Below the pieces are notes generated by a model, which ran no database searches, was not told where the DNA came from, and was given only the letters and a program-made list of their open reading frames with translations. Shown piece by piece: positions 52,436-60,794 of a DNA stretch of 64,000 nt; positions within the stretch are counted from its first letter, which is position 1; every line of letters begins with the position of its first letter. Origin of the DNA: an uncultured Sediminispirochaeta sp. (GTDB taxonomy: Bacteria > Spirochaetota > Spirochaetia > DSM-16054 > Sediminispirochaetaceae); NCBI GenBank assembly GCA_964603735.1, contig CAZRWN010000003.1:22745-86744 (forward strand), in the 5' to 3' direction. A program made the position numbers and the translations under genes.

Positions 52436-53491
52436 ATGACCGACACTACCACCCCCAATCCCGATACTTCGCTCTGCGGGCTGCTGCCGGCGGAGCTCAG
52501 CAAGAAGCTCGAAATTTCGCCGCGTTTTCGCGGTGATCAGCTGTTTCAATGGATCCACCAGAAAGGCGTATCAGATTTTTCACAGATGTCGAACCTGCCG
52601 GCGGCACTGCGTGAAGAGCTGGCTGAACAGTACTCCGCGCCGGTGAGCTCGCAAGTGGAGACCCTGAACAAGGATGAAGACGGAACCGTAAAGGTGACCA
52701 TCAGACTGCATGACGGAGCTTTGATCGAAGCGGTGCTGCTGGGCGATGAAAGCGGCCGTAAAACCGCCTGTCTGTCCAGCCAAGTCGGCTGCGGCCTCGG
52801 CTGTACCTTTTGCAAAACCGCTACCATGGGCTTCATCCGCAATCTTTCAGCCGGCGAAATCGTAGAACAGTTTTTGCACCTGAAGCAGCGTTACGGAGAT
52901 ATTGCCAATATTGTGTTTATGGGCATGGGCGAACCGCTGCTCAATTTTGATGAAGTAGCCCAGGCCATAGAAGTGCTGCACCATCCCGAGGGCCACAACA
53001 TCGGCATGCGTAAAATAACAATATCCACCAGTGGTATCCTCGAGGGCATCCACAGGCTCGCCGATGAGGGACCACATATACGCCTGGCACTTTCTCTGAT
53101 CAGCGCCGATCAGCAGCTGCGGGAAGAACTGATGCCGATTGCCCGCAGCACGCCGCTGGGGGATCTGCAGAAGGCGCTGCTCCACTATCAAAAGTCCACC
53201 GGAAAACGCATCACCCTCGAATATGTACTGTTTCACGGCCTGAATACCGGAAAGCAAGATTTGCAGGCCCTGCAGAGTTTTATACGTCCTCTGCGGGTCC
53301 TGGTGAACATCATTCCGTGGAACCCGGTGGAGGGGCTGCCCTACTCCGAACCGCAGCACAATGAAATCGCCGCCTTTACACAAATGTTAGAGGCCGCCGG
53401 CATAAAAACCTCCCGCCGATTTCGCCGCGGCCGGGGGATAAACGGAGCCTGCGGTCAGCTGGCTGTTCCCCGCAATAAACAGACGCAATAG
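52436..53491 (+). CDS. rlmN: 23S rRNA/tRNA (adenine-C2)-methyltransferase, radical SAM
   Basis: CLSSQVGCGLGCTFCKT is the CxxxCxxC radical-SAM motif. The C-terminal GINGACGQL carries the catalytic Cys. Confidence 0.9.
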   Translation: MTDTTTPNPDTSLCGLLPAELSKKLEISPRFRGDQLFQWIHQKGVSDFSQMSNLPAALREELAEQYSAPVSSQVETLNKDEDGTVKVTIRLHDGALIEAVLLGDESGRKTACLSSQVGCGLGCTFCKTATMGFIRNLSAGEIVEQFLHLKQRYGDIANIVFMGMGEPLLNFDEVAQAIEVLHHPEGHNIGMRKITISTSGILEGIHRLADEGPHIRLALSLISADQQLREELMPIARSTPLGDLQKALLHYQKSTGKRITLEYVLFHGLNTGKQDLQALQSFIRPLRVLVNIIPWNPVEGLPYSEPQHNEIAAFTQMLEAAGIKTSRRFRRGRGINGACGQLAVPRNKQTQ

Positions 53492-53550
53492 TTTTTAATT
53501 GACAGGTCGTATAACAGTGGATAACCTGATTGATGAGGAGCAGTAAAACT

Positions 53551-54606
53551 ATGCGTAATTCAAGTAAATATCTACATCTATGTCTGATTTTCTTCTTCAT
53601 TTTAACAATAGATATTCATGCAGAGAAATTCTGGTTTGCCCCCGAGCCCATTCATAGCCTTTTAACAAAAATAGAGAGCACTCGTTCAGAACTAAAGATA
53701 GCAGAAAACTCGATAAAAGAAGAGACGGGAATATATGACTGGGAAACTACTGACGAGTATCAGGAACGTCTTCACAACTTAATACTGTCCAAAACAGCCG
53801 AACAAAGAAACCAATTACAACATCTCATAGAAGAACTAACTTCGACTAAGTTTTCCCTGAGCGGAGAACTTCTTTCTTATGATATACAAAGCTATCGTAG
53901 AGACGCAAGAATATGGCCAATAGAAGTTCAAACCTCATTGGCAGGTTTTGTCAGAAACCGTTATGGAATAAAAGCTATAGCCGAGTGGGATTTAAATAGA
54001 GTCGAGAGTGTAAAGGATTCATATATACAACTAGAGCAAGCTGCAAACTCAGAAACACTTGAACTACGTCTTATTTTCAATATAGAACATTTTAATGAAG
54101 TACTGACAGAAAAATATGTAGAAGGATGTCGTTACAGAATAGATGCTTATCAGTTAGAATTGTTTGATAAATCTGTCGGTAGAACTTTCGGTAAAATAAG
54201 TGAAGTTCCTCTTAATACGATACTCTTCTCTCCGGAACGGGTAATAGTTCGCTATAAAGTAGGCGATACAGGGCCTTCCGGAGGATATGTTATCCGGGAT
54301 AAAGGTTATGATAGAGTAAGTGAGCGTTATGTGGAAGCTCACAGAAGAAAGGTTGCCACAGGTGGGCAAAGAGGTGCTGAGAATTACTGTGCTGAACTGT
54401 CTAAGAACGGTTTTTCTGACTGGCGTCTGCCATCTACCCGGGAACTGAGAAAAATTGCCTCCATGGCTCAAAAATTTGGTGATTACGAAATAGATCGCGC
54501 CTATTGGGCAAAAAACCGATACGAATCTGTATATCTAACAACCGGTACAGCGGTAAACACCAAACGTACTAAGCAGTGTTATATCGTACCAGTTCGCGAT
54601 TTCTAA
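53551..54606 (+). CDS. Secreted protein with a C-terminal DUF1566 (Lcl C-terminal-like) domain
   Basis: The signal peptide reads LHLCLIFFFILTIDIHA. The C-terminus AENYCAELSKNGFSDWRLPSTRELRKI..YWAKN is DUF1566-type. The gene is visibly AT-rich relative to its neighbours. Confidence 0.68.
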   Translation: MRNSSKYLHLCLIFFFILTIDIHAEKFWFAPEPIHSLLTKIESTRSELKIAENSIKEETGIYDWETTDEYQERLHNLILSKTAEQRNQLQHLIEELTSTKFSLSGELLSYDIQSYRRDARIWPIEVQTSLAGFVRNRYGIKAIAEWDLNRVESVKDSYIQLEQAANSETLELRLIFNIEHFNEVLTEKYVEGCRYRIDAYQLELFDKSVGRTFGKISEVPLNTILFSPERVIVRYKVGDTGPSGGYVIRDKGYDRVSERYVEAHRRKVATGGQRGAENYCAELSKNGFSDWRLPSTRELRKIASMAQKFGDYEIDRAYWAKNRYESVYLTTGTAVNTKRTKQCYIVPVRDF

Positions 54607-54616
54607 AAAACTACAT

Positions 54617-54647
54617 GGACTGTCAGAGATTATGTCTTTGACAGTCC
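54617..54647. terminator. Hairpin between the convergent DUF1566 gene and alaS (bidirectional terminator candidate)
   Basis: GGACTGTCA (54617-54625) pairs with TGACAGTCC (54639-54647). An A6 run lies upstream and a T-rich stretch downstream. Confidence 0.5.
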
Positions 54648-54655
54648 AAATTCTT

Positions 54656-56452
54656 TCATTCCCCCGGTTCGAGCACCGCTCTGATACGCCGTACTCCGGC
54701 CGAGGAGGACTGCTCCTTTTTGATCTTGAACCGTCCGAGCTGCGAGGTTCGCTCGACATGCGGACCTCCGCACACCTCTTTCGAGAAATCGCCGACCGAA
54801 TACACTTTAACCTGCTCACCGTATTTACTGTCGAAAAACGCCAGTGCTCCGGCTTCCTTGGCCTCCTCCAGGGTCATCGACTCCATGCTCACCGGCAGAT
54901 CGCGGGCAATTACATCGTTGACGATATCTTCTACCTGCTGAATCTCTTCGGGAGACATCTTGTCGGGGTGAACGAAGTCGAAGCGCAGCCGTTCAGGGGT
55001 GATATTGCTGCCCTTCTGCTGCACATGGTCACCGAGTACCTGCCGCAGGGCTTTATGCAGCAAATGAGTGGCGGTGTGCAGGGCGGTAGTCTTCTCCGAC
55101 TGGTCGGCAAGTCCGCCTTTGAAGGTTTTATCGGCTCCCTTCTTGGAAAGCTCCTGGTGCTTCTGGAAAGCCTTTTCGAAGCCTTCCCGGTCGACCGTCA
55201 ACCCGTGTTCGGCTGCCAGTTCCTCGGTTATTTCGATCGGAAACCCGTAGGTATCGTACAACTTAAAAGCTATCCGTCCGGGAATAACCTTTTTCGGGTT
55301 CTTCATCAATCCAGGCAGCATTTTTTCGAACTCGTGCTCGCCCTTCTTGAGAGTAGCGAAAAAGCGCTCCTCCTCCGCAGTTAGTTCATGAATAATGGTC
55401 TCGTGTTGCTCGTCCAGAATCGGATACGGCTCTTTATACATCCCAAGCACGATTTCGGCCAGTTCAGCCAGGAAATGCTGTTCAACCCCCAGCTTTCGGC
55501 CGTGACGCACTGCCCGGCGAATGAGACGTCGCAGGATGTACCCCTGACCCAGATTCGAAGGGGTAATCGACTGTTCATCGCCCAAAATAAATACCGAGGT
55601 TTTGATATGATCGGCGATAATCCGTATGGAAGTGTCGGTAGACTCGTCCTGGTTGTACTTTTTGCCGGTAATGCGTTCTATGCCTTCGATGATGGGTACA
55701 AAGACCTCGGTTTCATATACCGAACCCTTGCCCTGCAGAATTGCCGCCGTCCGTTCGATTCCCATACCGGTATCAACACATTTGCGCTCGAGCGGAGCAA
55801 AGCTGCCGTCGGCCCGCTTGTTGTACTGCATGAAGACATCGTTCCATACCTCGAAATACTTGCCGCAGGAGCAGCCGGGTTTGCAGTCCGCTCCGCAGGC
55901 CTCCTTGCCTGTATCGATGAACATCTCCGAGTCGGGTCCGCAGGGGCCGGTTTGTCCGGCTGGTCCCCACCAGTTGTCTTCGCGGGAGAGGTAATAGATC
56001 CGCTCTTCAGGAATACCCATCGATATCCATACCTCCGCCGACTCGTCATCCCGGGGTACATTCTCATCACCCTCGAATACCGTTATTGAGATCTTCTCAG
56101 GTGGTATACCGAGCCATTTCTCGGAAGTGAGAAACTCATAGCTCATTCTGATGGCCCCTTCCTTGAAATAGTCTCCCAAGGACCAGTTTCCCAGCATCTC
56201 GAAGAAGGTGAGATGACTGGAATCTCCAACCGATTCTATATCTCCGGTTCGAATGCATTTTTGATAATTTACCAACCGGCTGCCCGCCGGATGATCCTGC
56301 CCCAGCAGATAAGGCACCAGCGGATGCATGCCGGCCGTGGTAAAAAGCACGGTGGGGTCGTTCTCCGGAACCAGCGATTTACCAGAAATCTGGGCATGCT
56401 CGTGTTCTTTGAAAAATTCGATATATTTGCGTCTAAGTTCGTGTGCTGTCAT
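54656..56452 (-). CDS. alaS: Alanine--tRNA ligase, short form (catalytic, tRNA-recognition and editing domains; no C-Ala domain)
   Basis: MTAHELRRKYIEFFKEHEHAQISGKSLVPENDPTVLFTTAGMHP is the AlaRS N-terminus. The editing-domain motif HTATHLLHKALR is present. The protein ends at 598 aa. Confidence 0.9.
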   Translation of the reverse strand: MTAHELRRKYIEFFKEHEHAQISGKSLVPENDPTVLFTTAGMHPLVPYLLGQDHPAGSRLVNYQKCIRTGDIESVGDSSHLTFFEMLGNWSLGDYFKEGAIRMSYEFLTSEKWLGIPPEKISITVFEGDENVPRDDESAEVWISMGIPEERIYYLSREDNWWGPAGQTGPCGPDSEMFIDTGKEACGADCKPGCSCGKYFEVWNDVFMQYNKRADGSFAPLERKCVDTGMGIERTAAILQGKGSVYETEVFVPIIEGIERITGKKYNQDESTDTSIRIIADHIKTSVFILGDEQSITPSNLGQGYILRRLIRRAVRHGRKLGVEQHFLAELAEIVLGMYKEPYPILDEQHETIIHELTAEEERFFATLKKGEHEFEKMLPGLMKNPKKVIPGRIAFKLYDTYGFPIEITEELAAEHGLTVDREGFEKAFQKHQELSKKGADKTFKGGLADQSEKTTALHTATHLLHKALRQVLGDHVQQKGSNITPERLRFDFVHPDKMSPEEIQQVEDIVNDVIARDLPVSMESMTLEEAKEAGALAFFDSKYGEQVKVYSVGDFSKEVCGGPHVERTSQLGRFKIKKEQSSSAGVRRIRAVLEPGE

Positions 56453-56460
56453 AGGTTAGA

Positions 56461-56489
56461 ATAGTAGGCATGGGGCGCCGAAATGTCAA
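56461..56489 (-). promoter_or_regulatory. Consensus-like promoter ending 8 nt before the alaS ATG (leaderless or near-leaderless candidate)
   Basis: Minus strand: TTGACA (56489-56484), 17-nt spacer, TACTAT (56466-56461), TCTAACCT, then ATG at 56452. No SD is present. Confidence 0.45.
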
Positions 56490-56524
56490 TACGCCGGTTA
56501 TCGGACCGCTATTGCCTGCCGGGC

Positions 56525-57076
56525 TTAGAAGTCCTCCAGATCGGGGTGAGATCCGTCGCCGGAGAATTCGGAGAAAAAGTATACCAGCCCGCCGCTTCTC
56601 TTGCTCACCCGCAGTTCGGCATAGTTCTTTTCCACCAGCTTCTCTAATGCCGCTTTTACCTCGTCCAGACTGCGTCCGCTTTCGAGAGCTACTTCGGATG
56701 GGGTTGCAACCCCATTTTGGCGTTTTGCTGTTTTCAGGATTACCTGCTCCAGAGGCTCCTTCCGGCTGCGGTTTGAGCCGTTTTCGCTCCCGGAGGTCGA
56801 CATTCCCCCTACATGCCGCATCGGCTGCTGCTGTTGAGGCCCGTAGAGTGCGTTACGCCACCCTATCCTGAGATTTGCCTCGCGTACCTGCAGCGGAAGG
56901 GTAATCAGGTCATATACGCAGCCGACTCCGAACAGCCCGCCGGTTACTACATACAGCAGCCCCGTCCCAATTTTACCCAGATAAAATCTATGAAAACCCA
57001 AAGCTCCGAAGCCTGAAATGAGCCACAACAAATATGCTATTCCGGTTGAATACACTCTTATTCCTCCATGTATCAA
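56525..57076 (-). CDS. TM2-domain membrane protein with a C-terminal soluble helical domain
   Basis: LISGFGALGFHRFYLGKIGTGLLYVVTGGLFGVGCVYDLITLP is the TM2 signature. 183 aa. Confidence 0.75.
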   Translation of the reverse strand: MIHGGIRVYSTGIAYLLWLISGFGALGFHRFYLGKIGTGLLYVVTGGLFGVGCVYDLITLPLQVREANLRIGWRNALYGPQQQQPMRHVGGMSTSGSENGSNRSRKEPLEQVILKTAKRQNGVATPSEVALESGRSLDEVKAALEKLVEKNYAELRVSKRSGGLVYFFSEFSGDGSHPDLEDF

Positions 57077-57085
57077 TTAATCATT

Positions 57086-58291
57086 TTATACCAGTTCATC
57101 ACGTTCCAGAGTCACTTCACCCTTTTCGGCCAGGCTCCTGACATAGGTCATAAAATCTCTGGTCACCTTTTCTACTTCCGACCGGCGCATCGGCCCCAGA
57201 TGCTCGCGCTCGCTGCGGATAAACTCTCTCCGCCGCTGGGATACGTTCCGCAACACCTTTTCCTCCAGTTCCTCCGGTTTGCCTTTCAGCATGGTGGCAA
57301 TATCACGGTCGGGGTACTTCTGCAGCAGCTCCTGCAGCTGCTTATCCGGTATCTCCAGAACACTCTCGATGGAGAAGAGCCTTTGCCGAATTTCATCGGC
57401 CAGACTGCTATTCTCCCCATGCAGATTGTCCAGAATACGATTTTCATCCTGCATAGTCATGTGCTTCAAGATATCCGCCAAAACCGACTGGCCGTCAATC
57501 TCTTCGCTGACCACCTTGCCCTGTTTTCGGATCCGCTCCCTTAGACTCTCCTCAACCGAGGAGAGTACCTCCGGCGAGACCTCGCCCATACGGGCCATTC
57601 GTTTCACGGTCTGCTGCTGCAGTTCGGGGGGAAGTGATTCGAGCACTTCAGAGGCTTTCTGCGGCAGCAGGTACGCCAGTACAATACTCATAACATGTAC
57701 AGGCTCCTTGCGCAGCAGGAGCATTATCTGCTGATAATCCATATCATTCAAAAATGAAAACGGTCGGTCACCGCTGTACGGATGCACTCTTTTGAGTATT
57801 TCCTCGGCCTTCTCTTTACCCAGGGATACCTGCAGGATGTCGCGCGCAGTATCAACGCCGCCGCGCGGATTGGCCGCAATATCTCCGGCGATGTCGCCGA
57901 ACTCTTCCAGTATCTTCTCGGCCTCGGGCCGCTCGATTCGCTTGATCTTGGCAATTTCACCGGTTACTTTCTCGATCTCCTCCTGGGAGAGGTGTTTGAG
58001 TACGGTAGCCGCCTGTTCCTTACCCAGCAGTAACAGCAGCTTGGCCGCCTTTTTGTGTCCGAATCCGGTCTTCAGAAAACCGTTACGGCCCACGAATTCA
58101 CCGACCGACCCTTCGGAAGGGTATTCGCCGTTGGCCTCAGGATGATAGATTTGCGGGTTCGCCCTGCTCTCGTCCCGCTCTCCGGCAGTAAGCTGCCTAC
58201 CCTTTTTCTGCGGATCCTTTTTCTGCGGGTCGCTTTCGTTTTTCTGAAAGGCCTGCAATTTGTAGGCCTGTATAGCGTGCCGATTCTTCAT
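57086..58291 (-). CDS. fliG: FliG-family flagellar motor switch protein paralogue with a ~75-aa N-terminal extension
   Basis: AAKLLLLLGKEQAATVLKHLSQEEIEKVTGEIA is the FliG N-domain, MSIVLAYLLPQKASEVLESLPPELQ the middle domain, and DRDIATMLKGKPEELEEKVLRNVSQRRREFIRSE the C-domain. Confidence 0.75.
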   Translation of the reverse strand: MKNRHAIQAYKLQAFQKNESDPQKKDPQKKGRQLTAGERDESRANPQIYHPEANGEYPSEGSVGEFVGRNGFLKTGFGHKKAAKLLLLLGKEQAATVLKHLSQEEIEKVTGEIAKIKRIERPEAEKILEEFGDIAGDIAANPRGGVDTARDILQVSLGKEKAEEILKRVHPYSGDRPFSFLNDMDYQQIMLLLRKEPVHVMSIVLAYLLPQKASEVLESLPPELQQQTVKRMARMGEVSPEVLSSVEESLRERIRKQGKVVSEEIDGQSVLADILKHMTMQDENRILDNLHGENSSLADEIRQRLFSIESVLEIPDKQLQELLQKYPDRDIATMLKGKPEELEEKVLRNVSQRRREFIRSEREHLGPMRRSEVEKVTRDFMTYVRSLAEKGEVTLERDELV

Positions 58292-58297
58292 GGCTCT

Positions 58298-58326
58298 ATT
58301 GTACCAATCACTTCCCCGTTAGACAA
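58298..58326 (-). promoter_or_regulatory. Promoter ending 6 nt before the fliG-paralogue ATG (leaderless candidate)
   Basis: Minus strand: TTGTCT (58326-58321), 17-nt spacer, TACAAT (58303-58298), AGAGCC, then ATG at 58291. Confidence 0.4.
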
Positions 58327-58383
58327 TCTTTAGTAGCACTTTCCAGCACACTTACAGTGCTGCCAATTTTTTTCCGCACTCCC

Positions 58384-58412
58384 TTGACAAATTCATAATA
58401 AATCGGTATAAA
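58384..58412 (+). promoter_or_regulatory. Near-consensus sigma70 promoter of tRNA-Phe
   Basis: TTGACA (58384-58389), 17-nt spacer, TATAAA (58407-58412), 13 nt before the mature tRNA 5' end. Confidence 0.6.
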
Positions 58413-58425
58413 TACACTCGTTCGT

Positions 58426-58498
58426 GCCGCTGTAGCTCAGTCGGTAGAGCAGGGGACTGAAAATCCCCGTGTCAACAGTTCGATTCTGTTCGGCGGCA
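58426..58498 (+). tRNA. tRNA-Phe (anticodon GAA)
   Basis: It folds by hand as acceptor GCCGCTG/CGGCGGC, D arm GCTC-AGTCGGTA-GAGC, anticodon arm GGGGA-CTGAAAA-TCCCC, variable loop GTGTC, T arm AACAG-TTCGATT-CTGTT and discriminator A. It is near-identical in layout to E. coli tRNA-Phe. The 3' CCA is not encoded (ACA follows). Confidence 0.92.
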
Positions 58499-58503
58499 CA
58501 GAT

Positions 58504-58535
58504 AAGCGTTGAGTCTTAGACTCAGCGCTTTTTTT
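58504..58535 (+). terminator. Rho-independent terminator of tRNA-Phe
   Basis: AAGCGTTGAGTC (58504-58515), TTA loop, GACTCAGCGCTT (58519-58530) with one G-U pair. The T-run extends to 58535. Confidence 0.7.
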
Positions 58536-58578
58536 ATGCCCGGGGACAAAGGGCCGGCAGCCGAACGCCTCCGCGGCA

Positions 58579-59232
58579 TCAGGATTTCAGCTCGGCCGAA
58601 ACCTCGCGCCGGACCGGATCTATATCTATCACGGCATACCGCCCCTCTTTGAAAGCGCCGGGGTTAATCACATGGGTCGCTCCGCTCAACTTGTGTCCGA
58701 AGGATTCGTGAATGTGTCCCGAGATCACGATCAGCGGCTGATGCTCGCTGATCCAAGCGGCAAGAGATCGGCTGCCGACGTGTTTTATCTTCATTGCCCG
58801 ATCGGCCACTGAACCGTGGGGCGGTTGATGACTGACCAGAATCAGCGGTTGGTTTGCGTCCCCTGCCAGCTGTGCCAGAGAATTGCCTATCTCCTGATCA
58901 GAAACCTCGTAGGGAGTAGGCACCGGACCGGGCAGGGCTCCGCTCATTCCGGCCAGTCGCAGACCCTGAAAATTCTCGACCGCCGTGCCGAGCAAAACGC
59001 CCTCCCCCTGCAGATACGACTCGATTTCACGATTATCACAGTTGCCGGCTACCGCCTTTACATTGGGATGCAGATCCCGCAAAGCTCGCAGCACACTGCG
59101 CGCCTCGGGAACGCCGCCGAAATGGGTCAGATCACCGGCGCAAATCAGGAGATCGGCTCCGGCGGCCTCATCGGCACAGCGTCCGAGAGCGGCTTCATTT
59201 CCGTGTATGTCGGAGACAAGCAGTACTCGCAT
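58579..59232 (-). CDS. Metallophosphoesterase (YfcE/MJ0936-like)
   Basis: MRVLLVSDIHGN, ICAGDLTHFG, GNCD and SGHIHE are metallophosphoesterase motifs. I prefer ATG 59232 (SD AGGAGG) over the track GTG at 59238. Confidence 0.8.
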   Translation of the reverse strand: MRVLLVSDIHGNEAALGRCADEAAGADLLICAGDLTHFGGVPEARSVLRALRDLHPNVKAVAGNCDNREIESYLQGEGVLLGTAVENFQGLRLAGMSGALPGPVPTPYEVSDQEIGNSLAQLAGDANQPLILVSHQPPHGSVADRAMKIKHVGSRSLAAWISEHQPLIVISGHIHESFGHKLSGATHVINPGAFKEGRYAVIDIDPVRREVSAELKS

Positions 59233-59295
59233 ATCCACCTCCTGCTGTAAGTGTAAGTATAACTCTCGCTTTGATCAACTTCGAGGCTGCTAAGC

Positions 59296-60003
59296 TCATG
59301 AAAGCAGTGTATAGAGCTGCTGCTCGAGTTCCAGAATAGTGTGCTCTTTCAGCGAACGCTGTTCGCGGGGAATAGGATTGTGAATACTGGCCTGGATTTC
59401 CGCCGGAGGGCCGTACAACACCACAATAGAATCTCCGAGCAGCACCGCCTCCTGTATGTCGTGGGTCACGAATAAGGCGGTCCGTTTATCACGACACCAC
59501 AGCCTTTCGAACAGCTCGATCAGCGCCAGCTTCAAATGCAGGTCCAGGGCCTGGAAGGGTTCGTCCATCAGCATTACACCGGCCGGATATGCAAATGCCC
59601 TGGCAACCGCCGCCCGCTGCCGCATGCCCCCCGAGAGTTCATGCGGATAATAATCCGCGAATCGGCTCAAACCTACCATATCCAGAAAGGAGGAGCTGCG
59701 CTCCGCCAGCTCACCGGCGGTAAAATGGGGGGTGAGCACCAGCTCGATATTCTTGCGCACACTTTTCCAGGGCAACAGACGCGGTTCCTGGAACAGATAA
59801 CTGATACGCTCGCCCTGCACTCCGCTGACAGACCCGCTATCGGGGCCGAGCAGTCCGGATATAAGGTTGAGCAGGGTGGTCTTTCCGCAGCCCGAGGGCC
59901 CGAGGATTGCGGTTACATGCCGGTCAGGAATGTCCAATGAGAAATTATCGAAGACTTTCAGATCTCTGAAACTGAGACTGAGGCGGTTACATTGAATCGG
60001 CAT
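59296..60003 (-). CDS. ABC transporter ATP-binding protein (NitT/TauT family)
   Basis: Walker A GPSGCGKTT, signature LSGGMRQR and Walker B MLMDEPF are present. Confidence 0.9.
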   Translation of the reverse strand: MPIQCNRLSLSFRDLKVFDNFSLDIPDRHVTAILGPSGCGKTTLLNLISGLLGPDSGSVSGVQGERISYLFQEPRLLPWKSVRKNIELVLTPHFTAGELAERSSSFLDMVGLSRFADYYPHELSGGMRQRAAVARAFAYPAGVMLMDEPFQALDLHLKLALIELFERLWCRDKRTALFVTHDIQEAVLLGDSIVVLYGPPAEIQASIHNPIPREQRSLKEHTILELEQQLYTLLS

Positions 60004-60769
60004 AAGAGCTACTCCACGGGAGGGCGCGAATTACAAGACTGAGAATCCATTGACTGACCGCACTCAGCAGTATGGCTACCGCCGTCCAGGCGAAAACCTG
60101 GGCGGTTTCAAGGCTCATCTGTGACAGCTGCATTTCGCTGCCGACGCCCCAGTTCGGCAGGCTCAGAACCTCGGCGGCCACCACGACCTTCCAGGTCAGT
60201 CCCAATGCGGTCTGTGCCCCGGATATCAGGTAGGGTACTACCGAAGGAATGGAAATATGAATAAGTCTGCGCCTCGCTCCCAAACCGTAAGCCCGGCCCA
60301 TTTGCAGCAGCCTTTGATCAGTCTGTCGTATTCCGATGATAATGTTTTGCGTAATCACCGGAAAAGCTATTAGGAACGATGAGAAAATTGGGACGGTGCC
60401 GGTTTTGAACCACAAGAGAGCGATCAGAATCACCGACATGATCGGGGTGGTGCGAATAACGGCAATCAGCGGTTTGAACAGGGCGTGCAGCGGCAGATAA
60501 ACCCCGGCGGCTATGCCCACGACAGTGCCAACCGACAGGGAGATCAGAAAGCCGACAATGCCCCTGACCACAGTCAGCCACACCGACATCCAGAAGTCGC
60601 CGCTGCCGGCCAATTCGACCATCTCTATGGCAACATCCGGAGGCGGTGGTAGAATTATGGTCGCATCGATAATGAGCGCAGCCATCCACCACATCCCCAG
60701 CAGTATAGCCACTGCCAGGAACGAGATAAGGTGAATGCGCCGCGATCTGTACCACGGGGCCGGTTTCAA
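59987..60769 (-). CDS. ABC transporter permease (NitT/TauT family)
   Basis: 260 aa, 6 TM, with an EAA-like loop (GRAYGLGARRRLIHISIPSVVPY). It overlaps the ATPase gene by 17 nt. Confidence 0.85.
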   Translation of the reverse strand: MKPAPWYRSRRIHLISFLAVAILLGMWWMAALIIDATIILPPPPDVAIEMVELAGSGDFWMSVWLTVVRGIVGFLISLSVGTVVGIAAGVYLPLHALFKPLIAVIRTTPIMSVILIALLWFKTGTVPIFSSFLIAFPVITQNIIIGIRQTDQRLLQMGRAYGLGARRRLIHISIPSVVPYLISGAQTALGLTWKVVVAAEVLSLPNWGVGSEMQLSQMSLETAQVFAWTAVAILLSAVSQWILSLVIRALPWSSSYADSM

Positions 60770-60794
60770 AAGCTACCCCTTTTACTGGCCCGCA

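Noticed and set aside
54656-56452. A 598-aa AlaRS as a possibly truncated pseudogene, given that canonical bacterial AlaRS is about 870 aa.
   Set aside because: The ORF is uninterrupted from a well-placed start and contains the catalytic, tRNA-recognition and editing (HxxxH) regions. It ends cleanly before a terminator hairpin. From memory, spirochaete AlaRS is a short form of about 600 aa lacking the C-Ala domain, so this is probably lineage-typical.
58344-58373. The hairpin CAGCAC-N7-GTGCTG followed 4 nt later by T7 on the plus strand, upstream of the tRNA-Phe promoter, as a possible terminator of an antisense or small RNA.
   Set aside because: The stem is only 6 bp and the T-run is detached from it. 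No plus-strand gene or promoter lies upstream. It lies in the region upstream of the fliG-paralogue promoter and is too weak to call.
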